NCBI GenBank assembly: GCA_964016885.1
Contig: OZ024746.1
Location: forward strand, 3,410,001 to 3,474,000
Reading direction: 5' to 3'
Source of the DNA: Eledone cirrhosa
Taxonomy: Eukaryota
DNA: 64,000 nucleotides
Positions 22,966 to 36,200 of the stretch are shown piece after piece. The stretch's first letter is position 1. Each line of letters starts with the position of its first letter. Position numbers and translations under genes: made by a program. A model generated the notes under the pieces. The model did no database searches, was not told the DNA's origin, and saw nothing but the letters and a program-made list of their open reading frames with translations.

Positions 22966-25189
22966 TCCACTACAAACACAAATCAAAAGTATTAATAATA
23001 AAGTTAAGATGAAACAAATCGTAGTGGTGGTGGGGCTGGGTGGGTACATTGTTCTTATGGTGTCATGAGATGGGTGAATGAATAAAGGTACTTGTGTCAT
23101 GGGTTTATCTTCTGTGTTGTATGCACTTGACACTACCTCCCTTCAGTTCACTGTTAACAACAGATTGCACATTTAGGAATCTATGCTATTCTATCAGTTT
23201 ATCTATGAAGTCCAGCATTCTGAAATCTTAGCTCATCACTTAATATCTCTTACTGAATATCAGGAGATTGTAAAGATATAAGCTAACTTAGAATTTATTA
23301 TCTAATGATGGCAATATGTTAATGACACTGGACTAAAGACACAAATATATTTATGGGGAAGGATTAATTTGATTTTTTATTAATTATGGTAAAATGGAAG
23401 GCAAAGTTGATCATGGTGACTGTTTCTGCTACACCACTGACTTAACACATTAGCATTTACATTACTCTATATATACTTTTATATTTTCACAGTAAAGGCT
23501 TTATCTCACATAACTATCTCATAATATTGAATCTATGAGATTTTGATATTATTTATTTTGAAAACAATACCTTAACGTAAGTATAAGCAGGTGGTTACAG
23601 CCGGTTTGAACAGAAAGAGGTGTGAGAATACTGGCCGGATATGGCCAGTTTAAATGTTAAAGGGTTAATAGAAAGGAGCCTGTAACTCTTGATAGTCATT
23701 TTAAACCGGGCACTGCTTATCCTCAATATTTTTTCCAAAGTGAGAGAGTTAATTGACCCCTGTGTGGAACTAGTACGTTATCAACCACAAAAGGATGAAA
23801 GACAAAGTTAACCTTGGGATTTGAATTCAGAATGCAGTAAGCTGGGGCAACTACATAGGCACCCTAACAAATCTGCTAATTTTCCACTCTACTTGGTAAG
23901 ATTGTATAATAAATCTGTTATTATATAAGTAGAAATTCCAAATTTTGTAGACCTATAGGATTATTTTAATAATTTTGTATCCATTCAGTATCTCCAGAGT
24001 TGGTTCTTCCTTTCTCTGTCACTATATTTTCTCTGGAAGAATCATCATTGTTCTGACCTGGAGAGGGATAGTCTCCACCAGGTTTAAAATACTGAAGACA
24101 TGTGTCAGAATGGTACCCCTTCAGATCCCTCAGGAATTTAGGGCTCTTTGTGCTGATTGTGTATCTATTAGATTTCACTGTATGTTTAACAGGTTTGTCT
24201 GTTTACATAGTAGACTGGTGGTCTGATTGATTGTTCTGTAGGTAGACTCACTGACTCCAGCAGATTGTCTAATTATCCATGTAACAGTTTTTCAAACTGC
24301 TGGCCCCAATCCATTACTGGGTCATAGGTCATACAATGAATAAAATGGGTCTTGGCATTAAGCAAAAATCTACAAAAATGGGTTGATATACAAAATTCAG
24401 CCCTTACAATAGATGACTGACTGAGTGACTTTAGAAGGTGGCTCAACTAACTACTTGGCATGTGTAGAGAGTAAAACCACTGACAGATGGTCGATTTGTC
24501 TGTCTTGCCAGTGAATTGTCTGGCTGGTGGTCTGTCTGTCTGTCTTGCTAGTGGACTGTCTGGCAGGTAATCTGGCTCTCTGGCAGGTGGTTTATGGATT
24601 CTGTGACACTCTGGCAGGTATCTCTCTGTCTGGCTCTCTGGCAGGTGGTCTGTTTATCTAGCTAGCTGTTGAATTTCATATCTATCCATTGGCTGGACTG
24701 AATATCTGACAAATGAAGCTGCCAACTGTCTAAAGTTAGTGGATTGACTTGGTGTTTGTGTAGCAAGTAGATTAGATTAACTGTATGTTAAAATGTTAGC
24801 AGAAGGCTGTGTATTTCCTAGGTGGATTGTCTAGCTTGTTGCATATCTGTTTTACCAGGTGAACTGACCAAATGGCATGTACACTGATTATAATGTGTAA
24901 CAGGTGGACTGATTGTCTCTCTAGCAGGAGGATTTACCATCAGCTTCACTGACATTCTCTATTAGAGGGTGGACTAACAGTTTATCTGTCTATCACGTTG
25001 ACTAGTTGGATGTCTGTCTTGATGGTGGCCTGTCAAAGTGTTGATATATGAGGTAGTTTATTGACTGTCCAGCAGATGGATTGACTGACTAACTGCCCTG
25101 TTGGTCTCCCCAGCAAATCTACCTACTGTTGGTCTGTTTTGTAAATATAATTACTATTGGTCTCTCTAGCATTTGGGATTGACTGACTG

Positions 25190-26942
25190 GATATCTAGCA
25201 TGTGGGCTGGCTGTCATTCAGTCTAGCAGCTAGACTAACTGGCATCCTGTCTAGCATGTGGGCTGGCTGTCATTCAGTCTAGCAGCTAGACTAACTGGCA
25301 TCCTGTCTAGCATGTGGGCTGGCTGTCATTCAGTCTAGCAGCTAGACAAACTGGCATTCTGTCTAGCATGTGGGCTGGCTGTCATTCAGTCTAGCAGCTA
25401 GACAAACTGGCATTCTGTCTAGCATGTGGGCTGGCTGTCATTCAGTCTAGCAGCTAGACTAACTGGCACCCTGTCTAGCATGTGGGCTGGCTGTCATTCA
25501 GTCTAGCAGCTAGACAAACTGGCATCCTGTCTAGCATGTGGGCTGGCTGTCATTCAGTCTAGCAGCTAGACTAACTGGCATTCTGTCTAGCATGTGGGCT
25601 GGCTGTCATTCAGTCTAGCAGCTAGACAAACTGGCATCCTGTCTAGCATGTGGGCTGGCTGTCATTCAGTCTAGCAGCTAGACTAACTGGCATCCTGTCT
25701 AGCATGTGGGCTGGCTGTCATTCAGTCTAGCAGCTAGACAAACTGGCATTCTGTCTAGCATGTGGGCTGGCTGTCATTCAGTCTAGCAGCTAGACAAACT
25801 GGCATTCTGTCTAGCATGTGGGCTGGCTGTCATTCAGTCTAGCAGCTAGACAAACTGGCATTCTGTCTAGCATGTGGGCTGGCTGTCATTCAGTCTAGCA
25901 GCTAGACAAACTGGCATTCTGTCTAGCATGTGGGCTGGCTGTCATTCAGTCTAGCAGCTAGACTAACTGGCACCCTGTCTAGCATGTGGGCTGGCTGTCA
26001 TTCAGTCTAGCAGCTAGACAAACTGGCATCCTGTCTAGCATGTGGGCTGGCTGTCATTCAGTCTGGCATTCTGTCTAGCATGTGGGCTGGCTGTCATTCA
26101 GTCTAGCAGCTAGACAAACTGGCATCCTGTCTAGCATGTGGGCTGGCTGTCATTCAGTCTAGCAGCTAGACTAACTGGCATCCTGTCTAGCATGTGGGCT
26201 GGCTGTCATTCAGTCTAGCAGCTAGACAAACTGGCATTCTGTCTAGCATGTGGGCTGGCTGTCATTCAGTCTAGCAGCTAGACAAACTGGCATTCTGTCT
26301 AGCATGTGGGCTGGCTGTCATTCAGTCTAGCAGCTAGACAAACTGGCATTCTGTCTAGCATGTGGGCTGGCTGTCATTCAGTCTAGCAGCTAGACAAACT
26401 GGCATTCTGTCTAGCATGTGGGCTGGCTGTCATTCAGTCTAGCAGCTAGACTAACTGGCACCCTGTCTAGCATGTGGGCTGGCTGTCATTCAGTCTAGCA
26501 GCTAGACAAACTGGCATCCTGTCTAGCATGTGGGCTGGCTGTCATTCAGTCTAGCAGCTAGACTAACTGGCATTCTGTCTAGCATGTGGGCTGGCTGTCA
26601 TTCAGTCTAGCAGCTAGACAAACTGGCATTCTGTCTAGCATGTGGGCTGGCTGTCATTCAGTCTAGCAGCTAGACTAACTGGCATTCTGTCTAGCATGTG
26701 GGCTGGCTGTCATTCAGTCTAGCAGCTAGACTAACTGGCATTCTGTCTAGCATGTGGGCTGGCTGTCATTCAGTCTAGCAGCTAGACTAACTGGCATTCT
26801 GTCTAGCATGTGGGCTGGCTGTCATTCAGTCTAGCAGCTAGACTAACTGGCATCCTGTCTAGCATGTGGGCTGGCTGTCATTCAGTCTAGCAGCTAGACA
26901 AACTGGCATCCTGTCTAGCATGTGGGCTGGCTGTCATTCAAT
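25190..26942. repeat. 56-bp tandem array, ~31 copies
   Basis: Unit tgtgggctggctgtcattcagtctagcagctagac(t/a)aactggcat(c/t)ctgtctagca, period 56; one shortened unit near 26060. Confidence 0.97.
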
Positions 26943-27219
26943 CTATTATTATTTTTTTTTTGCAAATATTTTGCTGTGAAGTCATATTTGAGATCTCATA
27001 ACTGTGTACAGTTAGACATTGGACTGAAGACAGGTTATGACATTTAATTGTTTATTTAACTTTGTCAAATTTCAGTCACTAATAAACCTTTGTCAAAAAT
27101 ATTATTTTAAAAAGAAGTGTTTTGTCATAGTGAAAGATTTACGAAGCTCTTGTCTAACATTCTGACTGATTAATATTGTGTAACAGAAGGATTGACTGTC
27201 TCTCTACCAAGTATGTGGT

Positions 27220-30200
27220 AGTTTAGCAAGAGAAGTAATTGACTGTCTGACAGTTTAGCAAGAGAAGTAATTGACTGTCTGACAGTTTAGCAAGAGAAGT
27301 AATTGTCTGACTGACAGTTTAGCAAGAGAAGTAATTGACTGTCTGACAATTTAGCAAGAGAAGTAATTGACTGTCTGATAGTTTAGCAAGAGAAGTAATT
27401 GACTGTCTGACAGTTTAGCAAGTGAAGTAATTGACTGTATGATAGTTTAGCAAGAGAAGTAATTGACTGTCTGACAATTTAGCAAGAGAAGTAATTGACT
27501 GTATGATAGTTTATCAAGATAAGTAATTGACTGTCTGACAGTTTAGCAAGAGAAGTAATTGACTGTCTGACAATTTAGCAAGAGAAGTAATTGACTGTCT
27601 GATAGTTTATCAAGAGAAGTAATTGACTGTCTGATAGTTTATCAAGAGAAGTAATTGACTGCCTGACAGTTTAGCAAGAGAAGTAATTGACTGTCTGATA
27701 GTTTATCAAGAGAAGTAATTGACTGTCTGACAGTTTAGCAAGAGAAGTAATTGACTGTCTGACAGTTTAGCAAGAGAAGTAATTGACTGTCTGACAGTTT
27801 AGCAAGAGAAGTAATTGACTGTATGATAGTTTAGCAAGAGAAGTAATTGACTGTCTGACAATTTAGCAAGAGAAGTAATTGACTGTCTGATAGTTTATCA
27901 AGAGAAGTAATTGACTGTCTGATAGTTTATCAAGAGAAGTAATTGACTGTCTGACAGTTTAGCAAGAGAAGTAATTGACTGTCTGATAGTTTAGCAAGAG
28001 AAGTAATTCACTGTCTGACAGTTTAGCAAGAGAAGTAATTGACTGTCTGACAGTTTAGCAAGAGAAGTAATTGACTGTCTGACAGTTTAGCAAGAAAAGT
28101 AATTGACTGTCTGATAGTTTAGCAAGAGAAGTAATTGACTGTCTGACAGTTTAGCAAGAAAAGTAATTGACTGTCTGATAGTTTAGCAAGAGAAGTAATT
28201 GACTGTCTGACAGTTTAGCAAGAGAAGTAATTGACTGTCTGACAGTTTAGCAAGAGAAGTAATTGACTGTCTGACAGTTTAGCAAGAGAAGTAATTGTCT
28301 GACTGACAGTTTAGCAAGAGAAGTAATTGACTGTCTGACAATTTAGCAAGAGAAGTAATTGACTGTCTGATAGTTTAGCAAGAGAAGTAATTGACTGTCT
28401 GATAGTTTAGCAAGTGAAGTAATTGACTGTATGATAGTTTAGCAAAAGAAGTAATTGACTGTCTGACAATTTAGCAAGAGAAGTAATTGACTGTCTGATA
28501 GTTTAGCAAGAGAAGTAATTGACTGTCTGACAGTTTAGCAAGAGAAGTAATTGACTGTCTGACAGTTTAGCAAGAGAAGTAATTGACTGTATGATAGTTT
28601 AGCAAGAGAAGTAATTGACTGTCTGACAGTTTAGCAAGAGAAGTAATTGACTGTCTGATAGTTTAGCAAGAGAAGTAATTGACTGTCTGATAGTTTATCA
28701 AGAGAAGTAATTGACTGTCTGATAGTTTATCAAGAGAAGTAATTGACTGTCTGACAGTTTAGCAAGAGAAGTAATTGACTGTCTGATAGTTTATCAAGAG
28801 AAGTAATTGACTGTCTGACAGTTTAGCAAGAGAAGTAATTGACTGTCTGACAGTTTAGCAAGAGAAGTAATTGACTGTCTGACAGTTTAGCAAGAGAAGT
28901 AATTGACTGTATGATAGTTTAGCAAGAGAAGTAATTGACTGTCTGACAATTTAGCAAGAGAAGTAATTGACTGTCTGATAGTTTATCAAGAGAAGTAATT
29001 GACTGTCTGATAGTTTATCAAGAGAAGTAATTGACTGTCTGACAGTTTAGCAAGAGAAGTAATTGACTGTCTGATAGTTTAGCAAGAGAAGTAATTCACT
29101 GTCTGACAGTTTAGCAAGAGAAGTAATTGACTGTCTGACAGTTTAGCAAGAGAAGTAATTGACTGTCTGACAGTTTAGCAAGAAAGGTAATTGACTGTCT
29201 GATAGTTTAGCAAGAGAAGTAATTGACTGTCTGACAGTTTAGCAAGAGAAGTAATTGACTGTCTGACAGTTTAGCAAGAGAAGTAATTGACTGTCTGACA
29301 GTTTAGCAAGAGAAGTAATTGTCTGACTGACAGTTTAGCAAGAGAAGTAATTGACTGTCTGACAATTTAGCAAGAGAAGTAATTGACTGTCTGATAGTTT
29401 AGCAAGAGAAGTAATTGACTGTCTGACAGTTTAGCAAGTGAAGTAATTGACTGTATGATAGTTTAGCAAGAGAAGTAATTGACTGTCTGACAATTTAGCA
29501 AGAGAAGTAATTGACTGTCTGATAGTTTAGCAAGAGAAGTAATTGACTGTCTGACAGTTTAGCAAGAGAAGTAATTGACTGTCTGACAATTTAGCAAGAG
29601 AAGTAATTGACTGTATGATAGTTTATCAAGATAAGTAATTGACTGTCTGACAGTTTAGCAAGAGAAGTAATTGACTGTCTGACAATTTAGCAAGAGAAGT
29701 AATTGACTGTCTGATAGTTTATCAAGAGAAGTAATTGACTGTCTGATAGTTTATCAAGAGAAGTAATTGACTGTCTGACAGTTTAGCAAGAGAAGTAATT
29801 GACTGTCTGATAGTTTATCAAGAGAAGTAATTGACTGTCTGACAGTTTAGCAAGAGAAGTAATTGACTGTCTGACAGTTTAGCAAGAGAAGTAATTGACT
29901 GTCTGACAGTTTAGCAAGAGAAGTAATTGACTGTCTGACAGTTTAGCAAGAAAAGTAATTGACTGTCTGATAGTTTAGCAAGAGAAGTAATTGACTGTCT
30001 GACAGTTTAGCAAGAAAAGTAATTGACTGTCTGATAGTTTAGCAAGAGAAGTAATTGACTGTCTGACAGTTTAGCAAGAGAAGTAATTGACTGTCTGACA
30101 GTTTAGCAAGAGAAGTAATTGACTGTCTGACAGTTTAGCAAGAGAAGTAATTGACTAAACTGATAGTTTAGCAAGAGAAGTAATTGACTGTATGATAGTT

Positions 30201-33200
30201 TAGCAAGAGAAGTAATTGACTGTCTGACAGTTTAGCAAGAGAAGTAATTGACTGTCTGATAGTTTAGCAAGAGAAGTAATTGACTGTCTGATAGTTTAGC
30301 AAGAGAAGTAATTGACTGTCTGATAGTTTAGCAAGAGAAGTAATTGACTGTCTGATAGTTTAGCAAGAGAAGTAATTGACTGTCTGACAGTTTAGAAAGA
30401 GAAGTAATTGACTGTCTGACAGTTTAGCAAGAGAAGTAATTGACTGTCTGACAGTTTAGCAAGAGAAGTAATTGACTGTATGATAGTTTATCAAGAGAAG
30501 TAATTGACTGTATGATAGTTTAGCAAGAGAAGTAATTGACTGTCTGACAGTTTAGCAAGAGAAGTAATTGACTGTCTGATAGTTTAGCAAGAGAAGTAAT
30601 TGACTGGCTGATAGTTTAGCAAGAGAAGTAATTGACTGTCTGATAGTTTAGCAAGAGAAGTAATTGACTGTCTGATAGTTTAGCAAGAGAAGTAATTGAC
30701 TGTCTGACAGTTTAGCAAGAGAAGTAATTGACTGTCTGATAGTTTAGCAAGAGAAGTAATTGACTGTATGATAGTTTAGCAAGAGAAGTAATTGACTGTC
30801 TGACAGTTTAGCAAGAGAAGTAATTGACTGTCTGACAGTTTAGCAAGAGAAGTAATTGACTGTCTGACAGTTTAGCAAGAGAAGTAATTGACTGTCTGAC
30901 AGTTTAGCAAGAGAAGTAATTGACTGTCTGACAGTTTAGCAAGAGAAGTATTTGACTGTCTGACAGTTTAGCAAGAGAAGTAATTGACTGTATGATAGTT
31001 TAGCAAGAGAAGTAATTGACTGTCTGAGAGTTTAGCAAGAGAAGTAATTGACCGTCTGACAGTTTAGCAAGAGAAGTAATTGACTGTATGATAGTTTAGC
31101 AAGAGAAGTAATTGACTGTCTGACAGTTTAGCAAGAGAAGTAATTGACTGTATGATAGTTTAGCAAGAGAAGTAATTGACTGTCTGACAGTTTAGCAAGA
31201 GAAGTAATTGACTGTCTGACAGTTTAGCAAGAGAAGTAATTGACTGTCTGACAGTTTAGCAAGAGAAGTAATTGACTGTATGATAGTTTAGCAAGAGAAG
31301 TAATTGACTGTATGATAGTTTAGCAAGAGAAGTAATTGACTGTCTGATAGTTTAGCAAGAGAAGTAATTGACTGTCTGACAATTTAGCAAGAGAAGTAAT
31401 TGACTGTCTGATAGTTTAGCAAGAGAAGTAATTGACTGTCTGATAGTTTAGCAAGAGAAGTAATTGACTGTCTGACAGTTTAGCAAGAGAAGTAATTGAC
31501 TGTATGATAGTTTAGCAAGAGAAGTAATTGACTGTCTGATAGTTTAGCAAGAGAAGTAATTGACTGTCTGACAATTTAGCAAGAGAAGTAATTGACTGTC
31601 TGATAGTTTAGCAAGAGAAGTAATTGACTGTCTGATAGTTTAGCAAGAGAAGTAATTGACTGTCTGACAGTTTAGCAAGAGAAGTAATTGACTGTCTGAC
31701 AATTTAGCAAGAGAAGTAATTGACTGTCTGATAGTTTAGCAAGAGAAGTAATTGACTGTCTGATAGTTTAGCAAGAGAAGTAATTGACTGTCTGACAATT
31801 TAGCAAGAGAAGTAATTGACTGTCTGATAGTTTAGCAAGAGAAGTAATTGACTGTCTGATAGTTTAGCAAGAGAAGTAATTGACTGTATGATAGTTTAGC
31901 AAGAGAAGTAATTGACTGTCTGATAGTTTAGCAAGAGAAGTAATTGACTGTCTGACAGTTTAGCAAGAGAAGTAATTGACTGTCTGACAGTTTAGCAAGA
32001 GAAGTAATTGACTGTCTGACAGTTTAGCAAGTGAAGTAATTGACTGTCTGATAGTTTAGCAAGAGAAGTAATTGACTGTCTCATAGTTTAGCAAGAGAAG
32101 TAATTGACTGTCTGTTAGTTTAGCAAGAGAAGTAATTGACTGTCTCATAGTTTAGCAAGAGAAGTAATTGACTGTCTCATAGTTTAGCAAGAGAAGTAAT
32201 TGACTGTCTCATAGTTTAGCAAGAGAAGTAATTGACTGTCTGATAGTTTAGCAAGAGAAGTAATTGACTGTCTGACAGTTTAGCAAGAGAAGTAATTGAC
32301 TGTCTGACAGTTTAGCAAGAGAAGTAATTGACTGTCTGATAGTTTAGCAAGAGAAGTAATTGACTGTCTGACAGTTTAGCAAGAGAAGTAATTGACTGTC
32401 TGATAGTTTAGCAAGAGAAGTAATTGACTGTCTGATAGTTTAGCAAGAGAAGTAATTGACTGTCTGACAGTTTAGCAAGAGAAGTAATTGACTGTCTGAC
32501 AGTTTAGCAAGAGAAGTAATTGACTGTCTGACAGTTTAGCAAGAGAAGTAATTGACTGTCTGACAGTTTAGCAAGAGAAGTAATTGACTGTCTGACAGTT
32601 TAGCAAGAGAAGTAATTGACTGTCTGACAGTTTAGCAAGAGAAGTAATTGACTGTCTGACAGTTTAGCAAGAGAAGTAATTGACTGTCTGACAGTTTAGC
32701 AAGAGAAGTAATTGACTGTCTGACAGTTTAGCAAGAGAAGTAATTGACTGTCTGACAGTTTAGCAAGAGAAGTAATTGACTGTCTGACAGTTTAGCAAGA
32801 GAAGTAATTGACTGTCTGACAGTTTAGCAAGAGAAGTAATTGACTGTCTGACAGTTTAGCAAGAGAAGTAATTGACTGTCTGATAGTTTAGCAAGAGAAG
32901 TAATTGACTGTCTGATAGTTTAGCAAGAGAAGTAATTGACTGTCTGACAGTTTAGCAAGAGAAGTAATTGACTGTATGATAGTTTAGCAAGAGAAGTAAT
33001 TGACTGTCTGACAGTTTAGCAAGAGAAGTAATTGACTGTCTGACAGTTTAGCAAGAGAAGTAATTGACTATCTGACAGTTTAGCAAGAGAAGTTATTGAC
33101 TGTCTGATATTTTAGCAATGAGAAGTAATTGACTGTCTGACAGTTTAGCAAGAGAAGTAATTGACTGTCTGATAGTTTAGCAAGAGAAGTAATTGACTGT

Positions 33201-36200
33201 CTGACAGTTTAGAAAGAGAAGTAATTGACTGTCTGACAGTTTAGCAAGAGAAGTAATTGACTGTCTGACAGTTTAGCAAGAGAAGTAATTGACTGTATGA
33301 TAGTTTATCAAGAGAAGTAATTGACTGTATGATAGTTTAGCAAGAGAAGTAATTGACTGTCTGACAGTTTAGCAAGAGAAGTAATTGACTGTCTGATAGT
33401 TTAGCAAGAGAAGTAATTGACTGGCTGATAGTTTAGCAAGAGAAGTAATTGACTGTCTGATAGTTTAGCAAGAGAAGTAATTGACTGTCTGATAGTTTAG
33501 CAAGAGAAGTAATTGACTGTCTGACAGTTTAGCAAGAGAAGTAATTGACTGTCTGATAGTTTAGCAAGAGAAGTAATTGACTGTATGATAGTTTAGCAAG
33601 AGAAGTAATTGACTGTCTGACAGTTTAGCAAGAGAAGTAATTGACTGTCTGACAGTTTAGCAAGAGAAGTAATTGACTGTCTGACAGTTTAGCAAGAGAA
33701 GTAATTGACTGTCTGACAGTTTAGCAAGAGAAGTAATTGACTGTCTGACAGTTTAGCAAGAGAAGTATTTGACTGTCTGACAGTTTAGCAAGAGAAGTAA
33801 TTGACTGTATGATAGTTTAGCAAGAGAAGTAATTGACTGTCTGAGAGTTTAGCAAGAGAAGTAATTGACCGTCTGACAGTTTAGCAAGAGAAGTAATTGA
33901 CTGTATGATAGTTTAGCAAGAGAAGTAATTGACTGTCTGACAGTTTAGCAAGAGAAGTAATTGACTGTATGATAGTTTAGCAAGAGAAGTAATTGACTGT
34001 CTGACAGTTTAGCAAGAGAAGTAATTGACTGTCTGACAGTTTAGCAAGAGAAGTAATTGACTGTCTGACAGTTTAGCAAGAGAAGTAATTGACTGTATGA
34101 TAGTTTAGCAAGAGAAGTAATTGACTGTATGATAGTTTAGCAAGAGAAGTAATTGACTGTCTGATAGTTTAGCAAGAGAAGTAATTGACTGTCTGACAAT
34201 TTAGCAAGAGAAGTAATTGACTGTCTGATAGTTTAGCAAGAGAAGTAATTGACTGTCTGATAGTTTAGCAAGAGAAGTAATTGACTGTCTGACAGTTTAG
34301 CAAGAGAAGTAATTGACTGTATGATAGTTTAGCAAGAGAAGTAATTGACTGTCTGATAGTTTAGCAAGAGAAGTAATTGACTGTCTGACAATTTAGCAAG
34401 AGAAGTAATTGACTGTCTGATAGTTTAGCAAGAGAAGTAATTGACTGTCTGATAGTTTAGCAAGAGAAGTAATTGACTGTCTGACAGTTTAGCAAGAGAA
34501 GTAATTGACTGTCTGACAATTTAGCAAGAGAAGTAATTGACTGTCTGATAGTTTAGCAAGAGAAGTAATTGACTGTCTGATAGTTTAGCAAGAGAAGTAA
34601 TTGACTGTCTGACAATTTAGCAAGAGAAGTAATTGACTGTCTGATAGTTTAGCAAGAGAAGTAATTGACTGTCTGATAGTTTAGCAAGAGAAGTAATTGA
34701 CTGTATGATAGTTTAGCAAGAGAAGTAATTGACTGTCTGATAGTTTAGCAAGAGAAGTAATTGACTGTCTGACAGTTTAGCAAGAGAAGTAATTGACTGT
34801 CTGACAGTTTAGCAAGAGAAGTAATTGACTGTCTGACAGTTTAGCAAGTGAAGTAATTGACTGTCTGATAGTTTAGCAAGAGAAGTAATTGACTGTCTCA
34901 TAGTTTAGCAAGAGAAGTAATTGACTGTCTGTTAGTTTAGCAAGAGAAGTAATTGACTGTCTCATAGTTTAGCAAGAGAAGTAATTGACTGTCTCATAGT
35001 TTAGCAAGAGAAGTAATTGACTGTCTCATAGTTTAGCAAGAGAAGTAATTGACTGTCTGATAGTTTAGCAAGAGAAGTAATTGACTGTCTGACAGTTTAG
35101 CAAGAGAAGTAATTGACTGTCTGACAGTTTAGCAAGAGAAGTAATTGACTGTCTGATAGTTTAGCAAGAGAAGTAATTGACTGTCTGACAGTTTAGCAAG
35201 AGAAGTAATTGACTGTCTGATAGTTTAGCAAGAGAAGTAATTGACTGTCTGATAGTTTAGCAAGAGAAGTAATTGACTGTCTGACAGTTTAGCAAGAGAA
35301 GTAATTGACTGTCTGACAGTTTAGCAAGAGAAGTAATTGACTGTCTGACAGTTTAGCAAGAGAAGTAATTGACTGTCTGACAGTTTAGCAAGAGAAGTAA
35401 TTGACTGTCTGACAGTTTAGCAAGAGAAGTAATTGACTGTCTGACAGTTTAGCAAGAGAAGTAATTGACTGTCTGACAGTTTAGCAAGAGAAGTAATTGA
35501 CTGTCTGACAGTTTAGCAAGAGAAGTAATTGACTGTCTGACAGTTTAGCAAGAGAAGTAATTGACTGTCTGACAGTTTAGCAAGAGAAGTAATTGACTGT
35601 CTGACAGTTTAGCAAGAGAAGTAATTGACTGTCTGACAGTTTAGCAAGAGAAGTAATTGACTGTCTGACAGTTTAGCAAGAGAAGTAATTGACTGTCTGA
35701 CAGTTTAGCAAGAGAAGTAATTGACTGTCTGATAGTTTAGCAAGAGAAGTAATTGACTGTTTGATAGTTTAGCAAGAGAAGTAATTGACTGTCTGACAGT
35801 TTAGCAAGAGAAGTAATTGACTGTATGATAGTTTAGCAAGAGAAGTAATTGACTGTCTGACAGTTTAGCAAGAGAAGTAATTGACTGTCTGACAGTTTAG
35901 CAAGAGAAGTAATTGACTATCTGACAGTTTAGCAAGAGAAGTTATTGACTGTCTGATATTTTAGCAATGAGAAGTAATTGACTGTCTGACAGTTTAGCAA
36001 GAGAAGTAATTGACTGTCTGACAGTTTAGCAAGAGAAGTAATTGACTGTCTGACAGTTTAGCAAGAGAAGTAATTGACTGTCTGATAGTTTAGCAAGAGA
36101 AGTAATTGACTGTCTGACAGTTTAGCAAGAGAAGTAATTGACTGTCTGATAGTTTAGCAAGAGAAGTAATTGACTGTCTGACAGTTTAGCAAGAGAAGTA

